DNA of 64,000 bases from an uncultured Gammaproteobacteria bacterium (GTDB taxonomy: Bacteria; Patescibacteriota; Microgenomatia; Levybacterales; UBA12049). Shown here piece after piece: positions 29,089 through 39,853 of the stretch (position 1 is its first letter; every line of letters begins with the position of its first letter). The stretch is taken from assembly GCA_964520695.1 (NCBI GenBank), contig CAZFNO010000001.1, positions 8,211 to 72,210 of the forward strand, read 5' to 3'. The notes beneath the pieces were generated by a model. That model worked only from the letters and a program-made list of their open reading frames with translations. It was not told the DNA's origin and searched no databases. The position numbers were made by a program, and so were the translations under genes.

Positions 29089-32000
29089 AAAAAATTTTCT
29101 CATGGGTTTGGGACAATATATTATTTCTTGAGTCACTTTTTCTTTTGGCTTTCATACCCCTTTATCCAAAAATCCCGGTTTTAGATATTCAGAACACCTG
29201 GGTTTATGTGAGAATAGAGGATTTTATTGTTTCTTTTATTCTTCTTTCATGGCTTACTCTTTTGGTAAAAAAGAAAATTACTCTAAAAACTCCTCTAACT
29301 TTTCCGGTTCTCATTTTTTGGATTGTTGGATCAGTTGCTACTCTTCATGGAGTACTTATTGTCTTTCCAAACTTACCCAATGTTTTTCCAAATGTAGCAT
29401 TTTTAAGTCTTCTTCGTCATATTGAATATGTAAGCCTCTTTTTTATCGGCTACCACGGACTGCGCAATAAGAAACTCCTTCCATACGTGGTGGGGGCGCT
29501 TACAGTAATTCTTCTTGCTGTAATAGCATACGGATTTGGACAAAAATATTTAGGCTTTCCGGCATTCCTGACTGGAAATGAAGAATTTGCAAAAGGAATT
29601 CCCATAAGACTTTCCGAGTTATCAAGAGTCCCTTCAACATTTGCAGGTCATTATGATTTGGCTGCTTATCTTGTTTTGATAGTTCCCATAATGCTAAGCC
29701 TTTTTTTTGGTCTAAAAAACATTTTGTTTAGATTATTTTTTCTTGGTGTAACTCTTCTTGGAACTGCCCTTATGTTTATGACAGTATCGCGCGTTTCTTT
29801 TGTTGCCCTATTTGTCTCGTTTTTTGCAGTTTTATTTTTTATGAGACGAAAAATATTTTTTGTGGCGCTTCCTCTCGCTTTTATTTTTGGAACAATTCTT
29901 CTTTCCTATCAGCCCTCGCTTCTTGATAGATTTAAAAGCACAGTTTCTGAAGTGGATGTAATAGTTGATTCGAGAACAGGGGAATCAGTGGGTCATGTCA
30001 AATTTGTTGAGAAGGAGTATCTTTCGGATAAGCTTATTCTTCAAAGGAGAGTAAAGGACAGCGTTGAACTTGCAAATGTCATGGCCACAATTGATCAGGA
30101 TGAGCAGTATTCGCTTAATTCCCCTGTATTTCCTTTTAGACTGGTTCCTGAGGAAGTGCCTTTGGTTACGGCTGTTAATATCTCAACAGGGGAGAGTTTG
30201 CCTTCGGGAACAGGATATATTAACCTGTCACTCTCTCCAGTCACGAAAAGACTTAACAATTTCTTTTATGAACTTCCCAAAGAAGAAGGATCAACCCTGT
30301 CAGCGCAAGTCATTGTGTTTCATGGACCGTTTATTGTTAAGCGGGCAGCAGCGTATGATCTATCTTTTACCACCAGATTTCAGGGAGAATGGCCCAATGC
30401 TATAAATGCTTTCAAAAAAAATATCTTTCTTGGAAGCGGATACGGGGGAGTTGGCCTTGCAATAGATAATAATTATTTGCGAATTTTAGGTGAAACAGGA
30501 ATCCTGGGGTTTAGTGCATTTTTCTCGCTATTCTTAATTCTTGCAATATATATTAGAAAAATTTATCCAAGTGTTGATTCGTCTCTTGCCAAAAGCTTCA
30601 TTATTGGGTTTACCGCGGGTCTTTTTGGTCTTTTTCTTAATGCGACTTTGATTGATATATTTGAAGCATCCAAAATCGCATTTGTTTTGTGGCTTCTTGT
30701 GGGAATTGTCTTTGCGCTTCTGATCCAGTATCAGAAAAAGACAATAGATATTCTTTCAGAACTGAGAAGTTCAATCTCGTCTCCATTTGTAATAATCGCA
30801 ATTTTGGCAGTCTTAACAGGTGTTATATTTTCTCCGGCTATAAATAACTTTTTTGTAGGAGACGATTTCACCTGGTTTCGCTGGGCGGCTGAATGTGGTG
30901 CAAATTGTCAGCCGGCAAGAGAGATTCTTAATTATTTTACAAGTTCAGACGGCTTTTTCTACAGGCCCGGAGCAAAAACCTATTTCCTCCTTATGTATAA
31001 AACTTTCTGGCTTAATCAAAGCGTTTATCACATGGTTTCTATCCTTCTCCATTTTGTTGTGGCAAGTCTTATGTTCTTACTTTCCTGGAAGATTTTTAAA
31101 AATGTTTTCTTAGCGGCTGCTGCTTCTTTTGTTTTCCTAATCTTAAGCGGTGCAACAGAGGCTGTGTTTTGGATATCAACAACAGGATATTTATTTAATA
31201 CTGTCTTTGGTCTTTTGGGAATATTGCTGTTTATACTTTGGGATGATAGAAGAAAGCTCTATTTTCTTGGGGGGTCAATATTTTCAATATCTTTGTCTTT
31301 TCTTTTCCACGAGCTTGGGATTGTTTATCCTTTTCTTGTGCTTGTTTACGCCCTATTATACGGAAAAGATACAAATACTGGGAATTTTTTCAGAAGATGG
31401 GATCTTGCAATCGTTTTTTCTACAATTCCTATTTATCTTGTAATCAGATTTTTGTCCGGGAGCCATTGGTTCTCAGGAGACTATTCCTATAATCTATTAA
31501 AGCTTCCGCTTAATGTTATTGGAAACAGTTTGGGATATTTGGTTTTGACTCTTTTGGGACCTATTACTCTTCCCGTTTACACACTACTCCGAGAAACACT
31601 TAGAGAAAATTTGATAGTTGCAGTAACAATTATTCCTGTTGCCGCGTTTGTTTTGTTTATTGTTTACAAATACAGTATTAAAATATTTGATCTTAGAGAG
31701 AAAAAAATAGTTTTATTTGGAATTTTATTTTTTGCAGTTTCTCTTATTCCTTTTCTTGGTCTTGGGAACATTTCATCAAGATATAGTTATTTGGCATCGT
31801 TTGGAATTGTTATTATTTTAATAGTTTTTGCCAAAAAGTTTTTTGCGTATCTTGCGCAGATGGATAGAAAAATTGCTTCACTGGTTATAAGTCTTTTTGT
31901 AATAATTTTTGTGCTTTTTCATGTCATATCGCTCCAGCAGTCCTATTTTAATTGGAATGAGGCGGGAACCAAAACTAAAAAATTCTTTTTATCAATAGAT

Positions 32001-32291
32001 GCTCAATATTCAAACCTTTGGGTTTCACCCAATACTCAATTTCATTTTGTCAATGTTCCCATAAAAGTCGGAGAAGCTTGGGTATTTCCAGTAGGACTCA
32101 CTGACGCCCTTTGGTTTGCGATACAAAATGAAAATGCCAAAATCTTTGTCCACTCAGATGTCGGTGAAGCAATAAGTGCCTCAGAAGGACGGCTGGACCT
32201 GGATAGACCTGTTTTAATATTCCAGCCTGACGGAAGCCTTATTACCCCCTACGCCGCAACAGTTTCTTCTGATTTGATAAACCAGCCCTGA
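29085..32291 (+). CDS. 1068-aa fusion membrane protein: O-antigen ligase/polymerase-like (Wzy_C) domain + GT-C-like domain
   Basis: N half: ~12 TM plus large external loop ending 'GSGYGGVGLAIDNNYLRILGETGILG' (ligase-like signature, His position is Asp). C half: second polytopic domain starting 'FFVGDDFTWFRW'. Confidence 0.5.
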   Translation: MKKIFSWVWDNILFLESLFLLAFIPLYPKIPVLDIQNTWVYVRIEDFIVSFILLSWLTLLVKKKITLKTPLTFPVLIFWIVGSVATLHGVLIVFPNLPNVFPNVAFLSLLRHIEYVSLFFIGYHGLRNKKLLPYVVGALTVILLAVIAYGFGQKYLGFPAFLTGNEEFAKGIPIRLSELSRVPSTFAGHYDLAAYLVLIVPIMLSLFFGLKNILFRLFFLGVTLLGTALMFMTVSRVSFVALFVSFFAVLFFMRRKIFFVALPLAFIFGTILLSYQPSLLDRFKSTVSEVDVIVDSRTGESVGHVKFVEKEYLSDKLILQRRVKDSVELANVMATIDQDEQYSLNSPVFPFRLVPEEVPLVTAVNISTGESLPSGTGYINLSLSPVTKRLNNFFYELPKEEGSTLSAQVIVFHGPFIVKRAAAYDLSFTTRFQGEWPNAINAFKKNIFLGSGYGGVGLAIDNNYLRILGETGILGFSAFFSLFLILAIYIRKIYPSVDSSLAKSFIIGFTAGLFGLFLNATLIDIFEASKIAFVLWLLVGIVFALLIQYQKKTIDILSELRSSISSPFVIIAILAVLTGVIFSPAINNFFVGDDFTWFRWAAECGANCQPAREILNYFTSSDGFFYRPGAKTYFLLMYKTFWLNQSVYHMVSILLHFVVASLMFLLSWKIFKNVFLAAAASFVFLILSGATEAVFWISTTGYLFNTVFGLLGILLFILWDDRRKLYFLGGSIFSISLSFLFHELGIVYPFLVLVYALLYGKDTNTGNFFRRWDLAIVFSTIPIYLVIRFLSGSHWFSGDYSYNLLKLPLNVIGNSLGYLVLTLLGPITLPVYTLLRETLRENLIVAVTIIPVAAFVLFIVYKYSIKIFDLREKKIVLFGILFFAVSLIPFLGLGNISSRYSYLASFGIVIILIVFAKKFFAYLAQMDRKIASLVISLFVIIFVLFHVISLQQSYFNWNEAGTKTKKFFLSIDAQYSNLWVSPNTQFHFVNVPIKVGEAWVFPVGLTDALWFAIQNENAKIFVHSDVGEAISASEGRLDLDRPVLIFQPDGSLITPYAATVSSDLINQP

Positions 32292-32309
32292 CTAGACTAA
32301 AATAAAATA

Positions 32310-33782
32310 GTGAAAAAAACTACTCTCCTCCTTCTTTTGGGAATTCTTGTTCTCGGATTTGCGCTTCGTTTGTATAAGTTTGATGCTCCCGTTGCCGACT
32401 GGCATTCATGGCGTCAAGCAGACACTTCGGCTGTTTCAAGAAACTTTGTGGAGCAAGGTTTTGATCTTTTGCATCCAAAATTTGATGATCTTTCAAACGT
32501 CGCATCAGGACAGAATAATCCCAAGGGTTATCGATTTGTAGAATTTCCTATATATAACGGCCTTCAGGCTGGTTTGTTTAAGACCTTAGGAGTATTTACT
32601 CTTGAAGGATGGGGAAGGATGATATCTATTTTTTCATCTCTTTTTGTTTCGGTTTTTGTTTTTCTCATTCTCAAAAAGCATCACTCAGAAACAGCGGGTT
32701 TAATAGGAGCATTTTTTGCGGCAGGCCTTCCTTTTAGTGTTTATTTCGGAAGAACAATTCTTCCCGACATGTCCATGGCAGCAGCAATGCTCGGAGGAAT
32801 TTATTTCTTCGATCTGTGGACTTCGGAAAACTTAAAACTTAAAACTAAAAGCGCAAAACTACAGCTAAAAAATAAAAGTTTAATATATTTTGTTTTGAGT
32901 TTAATACTTACAACAGTGGCACTACTTTTAAAACCATTTGCCTTATTTTTTACACTTCCCATGGTTTATCTAGCGTTTAAAACGTTTGGGAAAAAGGCAT
33001 TTGTAAACCCTTATCTTTGGGTATTTGCAGTTATGTCTATCCTGCCATTGGGTTTATGGAGGATTTGGATGATGCAGTTTCCGGAAGGAATTCCCGCTAA
33101 CTCTTGGTTATTTAATGAAGGAAACATTAGATTTAAAGGTGCTTATTTTTATTGGATATTTGGAGAAAGATTGGGAAAACTAATTCTGGGCTACTGGGGA
33201 ATATCACTTCTGGTTTTGGGTATTATTTCAAAAATAAAAAAAGACGGGTGGTTTTTATATTCATTTATTTTTTCATCGCTTTTATATCTGGTGATTATAG
33301 CGCGTGGTAATGTTCAGCATGACTATTACCAAGTACTAATTATTCCAACGCTCGCTATCTTTTTAGGACTAGGCGGGGAATTCCTCCTTAATTTTGTAAA
33401 AACCTACACAAATAAATATGTGGGACCCGCAGTGTTTATTGTTATAACTTTTTTTACGCTGAGTCTTAGCTGGTATTATGTTCGTGATCTCTACAATATA
33501 AATAATCCCTCAATAATAACCGCAGGCGAAGCGGCGGACAGACTCCTGCCTAAAGATGCAAAAGTTATAGCAATACAGGGTGGTGATACATCTTTTCTTT
33601 ACCAGACCAAAAGACGCGGCTGGGCCAGTTTCGCCTACGATATAGAAGAGTTGGTAGGCCTTGGCGCGGATTATCTTATCTTCGCAAACCCAACCCCGTC
33701 CGATCTTACTTTTTCAAAAAAGTATGAGGTATTTGATCAAGCACCTGAATATATAATATATGATCTCAACAAACCGTTATGA
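32310..33782 (+). CDS. GT-C fold membrane glycosyltransferase (ArnT/PMT/GT39-like)
   Basis: GTG start; 'WHSWRQADTSAVSRNF' first loop, ~11 TM helices, soluble C-terminal tail. Confidence 0.55.
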   Translation: MKKTTLLLLLGILVLGFALRLYKFDAPVADWHSWRQADTSAVSRNFVEQGFDLLHPKFDDLSNVASGQNNPKGYRFVEFPIYNGLQAGLFKTLGVFTLEGWGRMISIFSSLFVSVFVFLILKKHHSETAGLIGAFFAAGLPFSVYFGRTILPDMSMAAAMLGGIYFFDLWTSENLKLKTKSAKLQLKNKSLIYFVLSLILTTVALLLKPFALFFTLPMVYLAFKTFGKKAFVNPYLWVFAVMSILPLGLWRIWMMQFPEGIPANSWLFNEGNIRFKGAYFYWIFGERLGKLILGYWGISLLVLGIISKIKKDGWFLYSFIFSSLLYLVIIARGNVQHDYYQVLIIPTLAIFLGLGGEFLLNFVKTYTNKYVGPAVFIVITFFTLSLSWYYVRDLYNINNPSIITAGEAADRLLPKDAKVIAIQGGDTSFLYQTKRRGWASFAYDIEELVGLGADYLIFANPTPSDLTFSKKYEVFDQAPEYIIYDLNKPL

Positions 33783-34954
33783 AAATTTTAATGCTCTCAT
33801 CTTATCTTCCTTATCCTCTTTGGGATGGAGGGAGAATAAGACTTTTTAATATTTTAAAGTTTCTCTCAAAAAGTCATGACGTTACCTTAATCTGCGAAAA
33901 AAGACCGAGTCAATCAAAAAACGATGAAGAGGAAGTTAGGAAAATATGCAAAAAGCTAATTGTTGTAGATAGGCCTCCTGTTTGGTCAATTCAAAATATT
34001 TCTAAATCTTTTTTTTCGCTGGATTCTCTTCTTGTAACTTCCCATACAAATAAAATAATAAAAGAAGCGATACGAAAAGAACTTTCGGAAAGCGATTTTG
34101 ATCTAATACACGTTGAGACATTTTATGTTATGCAAAACCTGCCAAAGGTCAACATTCCAATAGTTTTGATTGAACATAATATAGAGTATGAAATATACGG
34201 CCGTTATTTAAAAAAATCAAAAGCATTTATTAAACCTTTTCTTCTTCCGGATATTTTAAAGCTTAAAAGAAGAGAGAGGCAGTCCTGGAAAAGGGCAGAT
34301 AAAGTAGTGGCAGTTTCTCTCCATGATCGGAAAGTAATAGGCGATTCAGAACTTGTACCAAACGGAGTTGACGTAGATAAATTTAGTTTTACAAAACCGC
34401 AGATTAGAAAAAATAAAAAAGTTCTATTCATCGGCGATTTTAAGTGGGTGCAAAATAGAGACAGTACAGTTTTTATAATAAAAAATATCTGGCCCAGAAT
34501 TATCTATGAAAATAAAAATAAGTTGGATTTAAAACTTTGGGTGGTGGGAAAAAATATTCCCGAAAAAATCAAAAAACTCTTGGATTCTTCAATAATCTTT
34601 GATGAGGATGCACCTAACGCTACGGAGAAAATATTTGAGGCATCTGATGTACTTCTTGCACCGATCAGAATTGGAGGAGGGAGCAGTTTTAAGATTTTGG
34701 AAGCGATGTCAGCGGGCGTTCCGGTTGTAACTTCAAAGCTTGGAAATGAGGGAATAGGAGCTTTGGATAATGCCCAAATTATGGTTTGTGACCTACCGGA
34801 AGAATATGTGGGAGCTGTAACTAAGCTTCTTAACGATAATTATCTTTATGAGAAAATAGCAAGAAATGCAAGGGAATTTGTAGAGAAAAACTTTGATTGG
34901 AGGATAATTGTTAAAAAGCTGGATGAAGTATATAAATCGGCTGTATCAAGATGA
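33779..34954 (+). CDS. Family-4 glycosyltransferase
   Basis: 'GGGSSFKILEAMSAGVPVV' EX7E motif. Confidence 0.75.
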   Translation: MKILMLSSYLPYPLWDGGRIRLFNILKFLSKSHDVTLICEKRPSQSKNDEEEVRKICKKLIVVDRPPVWSIQNISKSFFSLDSLLVTSHTNKIIKEAIRKELSESDFDLIHVETFYVMQNLPKVNIPIVLIEHNIEYEIYGRYLKKSKAFIKPFLLPDILKLKRRERQSWKRADKVVAVSLHDRKVIGDSELVPNGVDVDKFSFTKPQIRKNKKVLFIGDFKWVQNRDSTVFIIKNIWPRIIYENKNKLDLKLWVVGKNIPEKIKKLLDSSIIFDEDAPNATEKIFEASDVLLAPIRIGGGSSFKILEAMSAGVPVVTSKLGNEGIGALDNAQIMVCDLPEEYVGAVTKLLNDNYLYEKIARNAREFVEKNFDWRIIVKKLDEVYKSAVSR

Positions 34955-35823
34955 AAAAACTTACAATTTCAATAGTTAATTTTAACAGCGGAGATCATCT
35001 TTTGAAATGCTTAGAGTCTTTGGATAATGCTAAAAAAGAACTTGATTTTGACGTTTATGTTGTTGATAACGCATCAACGGACGGGAGTTTAGAAGACGCC
35101 CAAAAAAAATATCCAGAGTTTAACTTTATTAAAAATACAAAAAATTTGGGCTTTGGCTCGGCGCATAATCTTGTATTGAAAAAAGCAAAAACCCCCTATC
35201 TCCTAACACTCAACCCTGATACCAGCATAAAGGAAGGAACGTTATCTTATATGGTAGATTTTATGGATAATAATTTAGATGTTGGGGCTGCGACTTGTAG
35301 AATAGAAAAAGAAGACGGAACGCTTGACTTGGCTTCTCATAGAGGATTTCCTACCCTTAAATCATCCTTCTATTATTTCTTTTTAAAAAATAACAAATAT
35401 TACCACATGACTGATAAAAATATGAAAGAGATACACGGTGTGGATTCAATAGTGGGTGCTTTTATGATGCTTCGACGTTCTGTCCTTGAGAAGGTTGGTT
35501 ATTTTGATGAAGACTACTTTTTGTATGGGGAGGACATAGATTTATGTTTCAGAATAAAAGAGGAAGGATATAAGGTGATGTATACACCCGAAGTTAAAAT
35601 TATTCATATCAAAGGAGCATCATCCGGCATAAAAAGTCACAGCAGGGGAAAATCTGTAGCTGATTCAATTACAAAAAAATTGGCTATGGACAGTTTTTAC
35701 GATTCAATGAAGATTTTTTACAAAAAACACTACGCCCAAAAATATCCATCACTTGTTAATTTATTGGTTTTTTTGGCAATTGATCTAAAAAAAATAATGT
35801 CAAAAGGGAAAAAAATAGTTTAA
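34951..35823 (+). CDS. Family-2 glycosyltransferase
   Basis: 'LTISIVNFNSGDHLLKCLESL', 'VVDNASTD', 'LNPDT', 'EDIDLC'. Confidence 0.8.
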   Translation: MKKLTISIVNFNSGDHLLKCLESLDNAKKELDFDVYVVDNASTDGSLEDAQKKYPEFNFIKNTKNLGFGSAHNLVLKKAKTPYLLTLNPDTSIKEGTLSYMVDFMDNNLDVGAATCRIEKEDGTLDLASHRGFPTLKSSFYYFFLKNNKYYHMTDKNMKEIHGVDSIVGAFMMLRRSVLEKVGYFDEDYFLYGEDIDLCFRIKEEGYKVMYTPEVKIIHIKGASSGIKSHSRGKSVADSITKKLAMDSFYDSMKIFYKKHYAQKYPSLVNLLVFLAIDLKKIMSKGKKIV

Positions 35824-35824
35824 T

Positions 35825-36967
35825 ATGATTATTGGAATTGACGCTCGGCTTTGGAGGGAGACCGGGGTTGGAAGATACATAAGAAATTTGGTTATTAATC
35901 TTGAAAAAATCGATAAGAAAAACGACTACGTTTTATTTGTTTTGGATTCTGATAAAGAACAAATCTCAGAAAAAATTAAAAATGAAAAGTGGAGGATTGT
36001 TCCAACAAAAATTAAATGGCACTCGATTTCAGAACAGTTAAGATTTCCAAAAATAATTAAAAAAGAAAATGTTGATCTAATGCATTTTCCTTATCAAATA
36101 AACGTTCCGATTCTTTACAATAAACCATACATAATAACAATCCACGATTTAGTAAGACACTATTTTATAACAGGAAAAGCTTCAACTAACGCTTTATGGC
36201 TATATGGATTTAAAATGATTGGCTACAAAACCATGATAAATTTAGCTGCAAAAAGAGCTAATAAGATAATTGCAGTTTCCAATTCTACAAAAAGAGACGT
36301 TATGAGCAGGTTGGGAATTAATGATAAAAAAATAGAAATAATATATGAAGCGGCCGATGATTTTTTCGCCAAAAACGGATCGACTGGCCGAAACTCAGAT
36401 AAAGAATTAGATATTAAAAACTATTTTTTATACATAGGAAATATTTATCCTCATAAAAATACAGAAAGACTTGTTGAAGCGTTTAAAATATTTTCCAAAG
36501 AAAACGATACAAAGCTGATTTTTGTAGGGAAAAAAGACTATTTTTATAAAAATCTTGAAAAAAAATTAGAGAAATTAATTCGTGAAGGGAGAATTATTAT
36601 TTATTATGATATATCAGATGATAAGCTTTACTCACTTTACAAAAATGCAATTTGCCTTGTTCGGCCGTCTCTCATGGAGGGATTTAGCCTTCCGCCTCTT
36701 GAAGCGCTGTCTTGCAAGTGTTTAGTTTTGGCATCAAATATCAGCACTCACAAAGAAATTTTTGGTGATTCAATCATTTATTTTGATCCTTACAATACCC
36801 GTGACATTATTGATAAAATGGGCTACGTTTATTCTCTTGATAAAAAAACAAGAGAGAGATATATAGAAAAAGGTTTAAAACTTGCTCAAAGTTTCTCTTG
36901 GGAGCAAACTGCAAGGCAAACATTAAAAGTTTATGAAGACTGCATTGGTATACGACAGAATAAATAA
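35825..36967 (+). CDS. Family-4 glycosyltransferase
   Basis: 'MIIGIDARLWRETGVGRY', 'MEGFSLPPLEALSCKCLVL'. Confidence 0.8.
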   Translation: MIIGIDARLWRETGVGRYIRNLVINLEKIDKKNDYVLFVLDSDKEQISEKIKNEKWRIVPTKIKWHSISEQLRFPKIIKKENVDLMHFPYQINVPILYNKPYIITIHDLVRHYFITGKASTNALWLYGFKMIGYKTMINLAAKRANKIIAVSNSTKRDVMSRLGINDKKIEIIYEAADDFFAKNGSTGRNSDKELDIKNYFLYIGNIYPHKNTERLVEAFKIFSKENDTKLIFVGKKDYFYKNLEKKLEKLIREGRIIIYYDISDDKLYSLYKNAICLVRPSLMEGFSLPPLEALSCKCLVLASNISTHKEIFGDSIIYFDPYNTRDIIDKMGYVYSLDKKTRERYIEKGLKLAQSFSWEQTARQTLKVYEDCIGIRQNK

Positions 36968-38021
36968 ATGGGGAGGAGCAGAAAGAGTTCTTCTAGCGCT
37001 ACATAAAATTTTTCCCGAAGCACCAGTATTCACATCTGTGCACAGCAGGCAAAATACACCCTGGTCAAAAGTCTTTAATGTAAGAACTTCAAGTCTTCAA
37101 AAAATCAAATTTTTCCAAGACAACAATCATTTTATCCCGCTTCTTATGCCCAGTGCTTTTGAAACATTTTCTTTTGATAAGTATGATTTGGTTATTTCAA
37201 TAAGCAGCGAGGCGGCAAAAGGAATAATTACCAAGCCCGGCACTCTTCACATTTGTTATTGTCTTACCCCAACTCGTTATTTGTGGAGCGGGCACAAAGA
37301 TTATTTTTCAAATAAATACCTAAGAACGATTGCTCATCCGGCAATAAATTATTTGAGGCATTGGGACAAAATTTCATCCAGAAGGCCAGATCATTTTATT
37401 TCAATTTCAAAAGAAGTTCAGAAAAGAGTAAAAAAATATTATGGAATTGACTCAGATGTAATTTTTCCTCCGGTTATGTTGGAGAAAAAGTCAAAAAGGA
37501 GAGAAAACTTAGGCAATCACTTTCTTATGGTTTCTAGGATGTCCCGGTTTTCATATTATAAAAAAGTAGACTTAGTTATTGACGCGTTTAATAAAAGTAA
37601 ATTACCTTTAAAAATTGTAGGTCATGGCCCTATGATACGAAGGTTTAAAAATAAAGCAAGCGGAAACATTGATTTTTTGGGAGAATTGAGAGATAAAGAA
37701 TTAATTACTCAATATGAAAAATGCAGGGCGCTGGTTTTTCCTGGAGTTGAAGATTTTGGACTGGTGATGGCCGAAGCCCAGACTTTTGGGAAACCCGTTA
37801 TAGCATATAGAGCGGGTGGCGCTTTAGAAATTATAGTTGAGGGTAAAACCGGAGAGTTTTTTGACAGGCAGAGTGCTGATTCACTAGCATCAGCATTGAA
37901 AAGGTTTGATGAAAAAAGATATAATATGACTGAAATAGAAAGAAATGCGAAGAGATTTACTTTTGAGAATTTCAAAACAAATTTTGAGAAATTCTTGAAA
38001 GATAAAATAAATCAAATATGA
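36933..38021 (+). CDS. Family-4 glycosyltransferase
   Basis: 'KWGGAERV', 'EDFGLVMAEAQTFGKPVIA'. Confidence 0.75.
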   Translation: MKTALVYDRINKWGGAERVLLALHKIFPEAPVFTSVHSRQNTPWSKVFNVRTSSLQKIKFFQDNNHFIPLLMPSAFETFSFDKYDLVISISSEAAKGIITKPGTLHICYCLTPTRYLWSGHKDYFSNKYLRTIAHPAINYLRHWDKISSRRPDHFISISKEVQKRVKKYYGIDSDVIFPPVMLEKKSKRRENLGNHFLMVSRMSRFSYYKKVDLVIDAFNKSKLPLKIVGHGPMIRRFKNKASGNIDFLGELRDKELITQYEKCRALVFPGVEDFGLVMAEAQTFGKPVIAYRAGGALEIIVEGKTGEFFDRQSADSLASALKRFDEKRYNMTEIERNAKRFTFENFKTNFEKFLKDKINQI

Positions 38022-39100
38022 AGGTTGTAATTTTTGCAGGAGGTGTTGGAACAAGGCTCTGGCCGCTGTCAAGAAAACACACTCCAAAGCAGTTTGAAAA
38101 AATAGTAGGAGATCGGTCAACTCTTCAGCTAGCAGTAGAAAGACTTTACCCTGCATTTAAACCGTCGGATATCTACGTTTCAACAGGAGAAAATTATAAA
38201 AAAATAATTCAAAAACAACTTCCCGAGATACCTAGGGAAAATTTTATTTTCGAACCGGAACAAAGAGATGTTGGTCCAGCAGTTGCAACAGCTTTGGCAA
38301 TTGTTGGAAAAAATTCACCCCAGGAGCCGGTTGCAATTGTTTGGAGCGATCATTTTGTAAAAAAAGAAAGAAGATTTAGGGAAGTACTTTCCTTTTCTGA
38401 AAAACTTGTTTCCAAAAATCCAGACCGCTTAGTATTCATAGGCCAGCGGGCTCGATTTGCGAATCAAAATCTAGGTTGGCTTGAATTCGGTGATCAAGTA
38501 GACTCAATCAGGGGAACAAAGGTCTTTTCCTTTAAGCGTTTGATTTATAGACCAACTTTAGGGGAGGCACAAAAATATTTAGAGAGCGATAGATATGCCT
38601 GGAATCCCGGATATTTCGTAACAACTCCGAAATTTATCCTTGACTCCTATAAAAAACTTGCTCCTTCCATATGGAGGGGAGTGATTAAAATACAGGCTTC
38701 CTTTGGAAAAGACAATTTCAACAGTGTTATGAGGCAAGAGTATCCAAAGCTTGAAAAAATAAGCTTTGACAACGCAATTCTTGAGAAACTTCCAACAGAT
38801 AATGTTTTAGTAATTGCGGCAGATCTTGGATGGAGTGATGTGGGGGCCTGGGAAGCTCTTAAGGAGGCGCTTCAGATTAAAAGCACTGAGAATGTTGAAA
38901 GAGGAAAAGTTCTTCTAACTGATTCAAAAGACAATCTTGTGTTTAACTTTACGGACCAGCTTGCGGTGGGAATTGATCTTGAAGGGATGATTGTAATTAA
39001 CACAGACGACGTGGTTCTTATCTGTCATAAGAATTCAATACCAAAGGTTAAAAAGTTGGTAGAAAGTCTGGCTGGCACTCCCCACGAACATCTTACCTAA
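38018..39100 (+). CDS. Mannose-1-phosphate guanylyltransferase-like sugar nucleotidyltransferase
   Basis: 'VIFAGGVGTRLWPLSRKHTPKQF' signature of GMP/ManC-type NTP-transferases. Confidence 0.75.
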   Translation: MKVVIFAGGVGTRLWPLSRKHTPKQFEKIVGDRSTLQLAVERLYPAFKPSDIYVSTGENYKKIIQKQLPEIPRENFIFEPEQRDVGPAVATALAIVGKNSPQEPVAIVWSDHFVKKERRFREVLSFSEKLVSKNPDRLVFIGQRARFANQNLGWLEFGDQVDSIRGTKVFSFKRLIYRPTLGEAQKYLESDRYAWNPGYFVTTPKFILDSYKKLAPSIWRGVIKIQASFGKDNFNSVMRQEYPKLEKISFDNAILEKLPTDNVLVIAADLGWSDVGAWEALKEALQIKSTENVERGKVLLTDSKDNLVFNFTDQLAVGIDLEGMIVINTDDVVLICHKNSIPKVKKLVESLAGTPHEHLT

Positions 39101-39151
39101 ATGATTTTATTTTAAAAATACTTTAGGATTCGTGGGGTTAATTTTAAAATT

Positions 39152-39817
39152 ATGCCGTATAAAGAAGTTAAAAAGGAAATATATTACGAGATCATGAAAA
39201 GAGTGTTTGATATTATCTGCTCCTCTATTCTTTTGATACTTTTCATGCCGGTAATAATTTTGGTTTCGATTGCAATAAAGTTTGACTCTAAAGGACCGAT
39301 TTTGGCGGATACTCCAGAGCGTGTTGGGAAAAACGGTAAGCTTTTTAAGATGTATAAATTCCGCTCAATGATTGAAAATGCCCATGAGCTCCTCCGGGAA
39401 AATCCAAAGTTTGCCAAACTTTATCAGGACTATAAAAAGGGAAGCTATAAGTTAAGGGATGATCCAAGAATAACTAAAGTGGGACGTTTTATAAGGAAGC
39501 ACTCTTTGGATGAAGTACCTCAGTTTTTTAACGTACTAAAGGGAGAGATGAGCCTTGTAGGACCTAGGGCTTACTACCCTGATGAACTTAGAGAACAGCA
39601 GAAAAGATACCCTAGGACTAAAGACGATGTAGAGATTGTATTATCGGTAAAACCGGGTGTTACGGGATACTGGCAGGTTTCCGGAAGATCAGAAATAAAT
39701 TTTGATAAGAGGATAAAAATGGATGCAGAATATGTGAGAAAAAGATCACTAATTTATGATTTGATTATTGTTCTAAAAAGTCCCTGGGCAATGATCTCCG
39801 GAAAAGGCGCTTTGTAA
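39152..39817 (+). CDS. Polyprenyl-phosphate sugar phosphotransferase (bacterial sugar transferase, WbaP/PglC-like)
   Basis: N-terminal TM 'ICSSILLILFMPVIILVSIAI', 'KFRSM', 'DEVPQFFNVLKGEMSLVGPR'. Confidence 0.85.
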   Translation: MPYKEVKKEIYYEIMKRVFDIICSSILLILFMPVIILVSIAIKFDSKGPILADTPERVGKNGKLFKMYKFRSMIENAHELLRENPKFAKLYQDYKKGSYKLRDDPRITKVGRFIRKHSLDEVPQFFNVLKGEMSLVGPRAYYPDELREQQKRYPRTKDDVEIVLSVKPGVTGYWQVSGRSEINFDKRIKMDAEYVRKRSLIYDLIIVLKSPWAMISGKGAL

Positions 39818-39853
39818 TTGACACGCCCATTAGCTTACTTGTATCATATAGCA

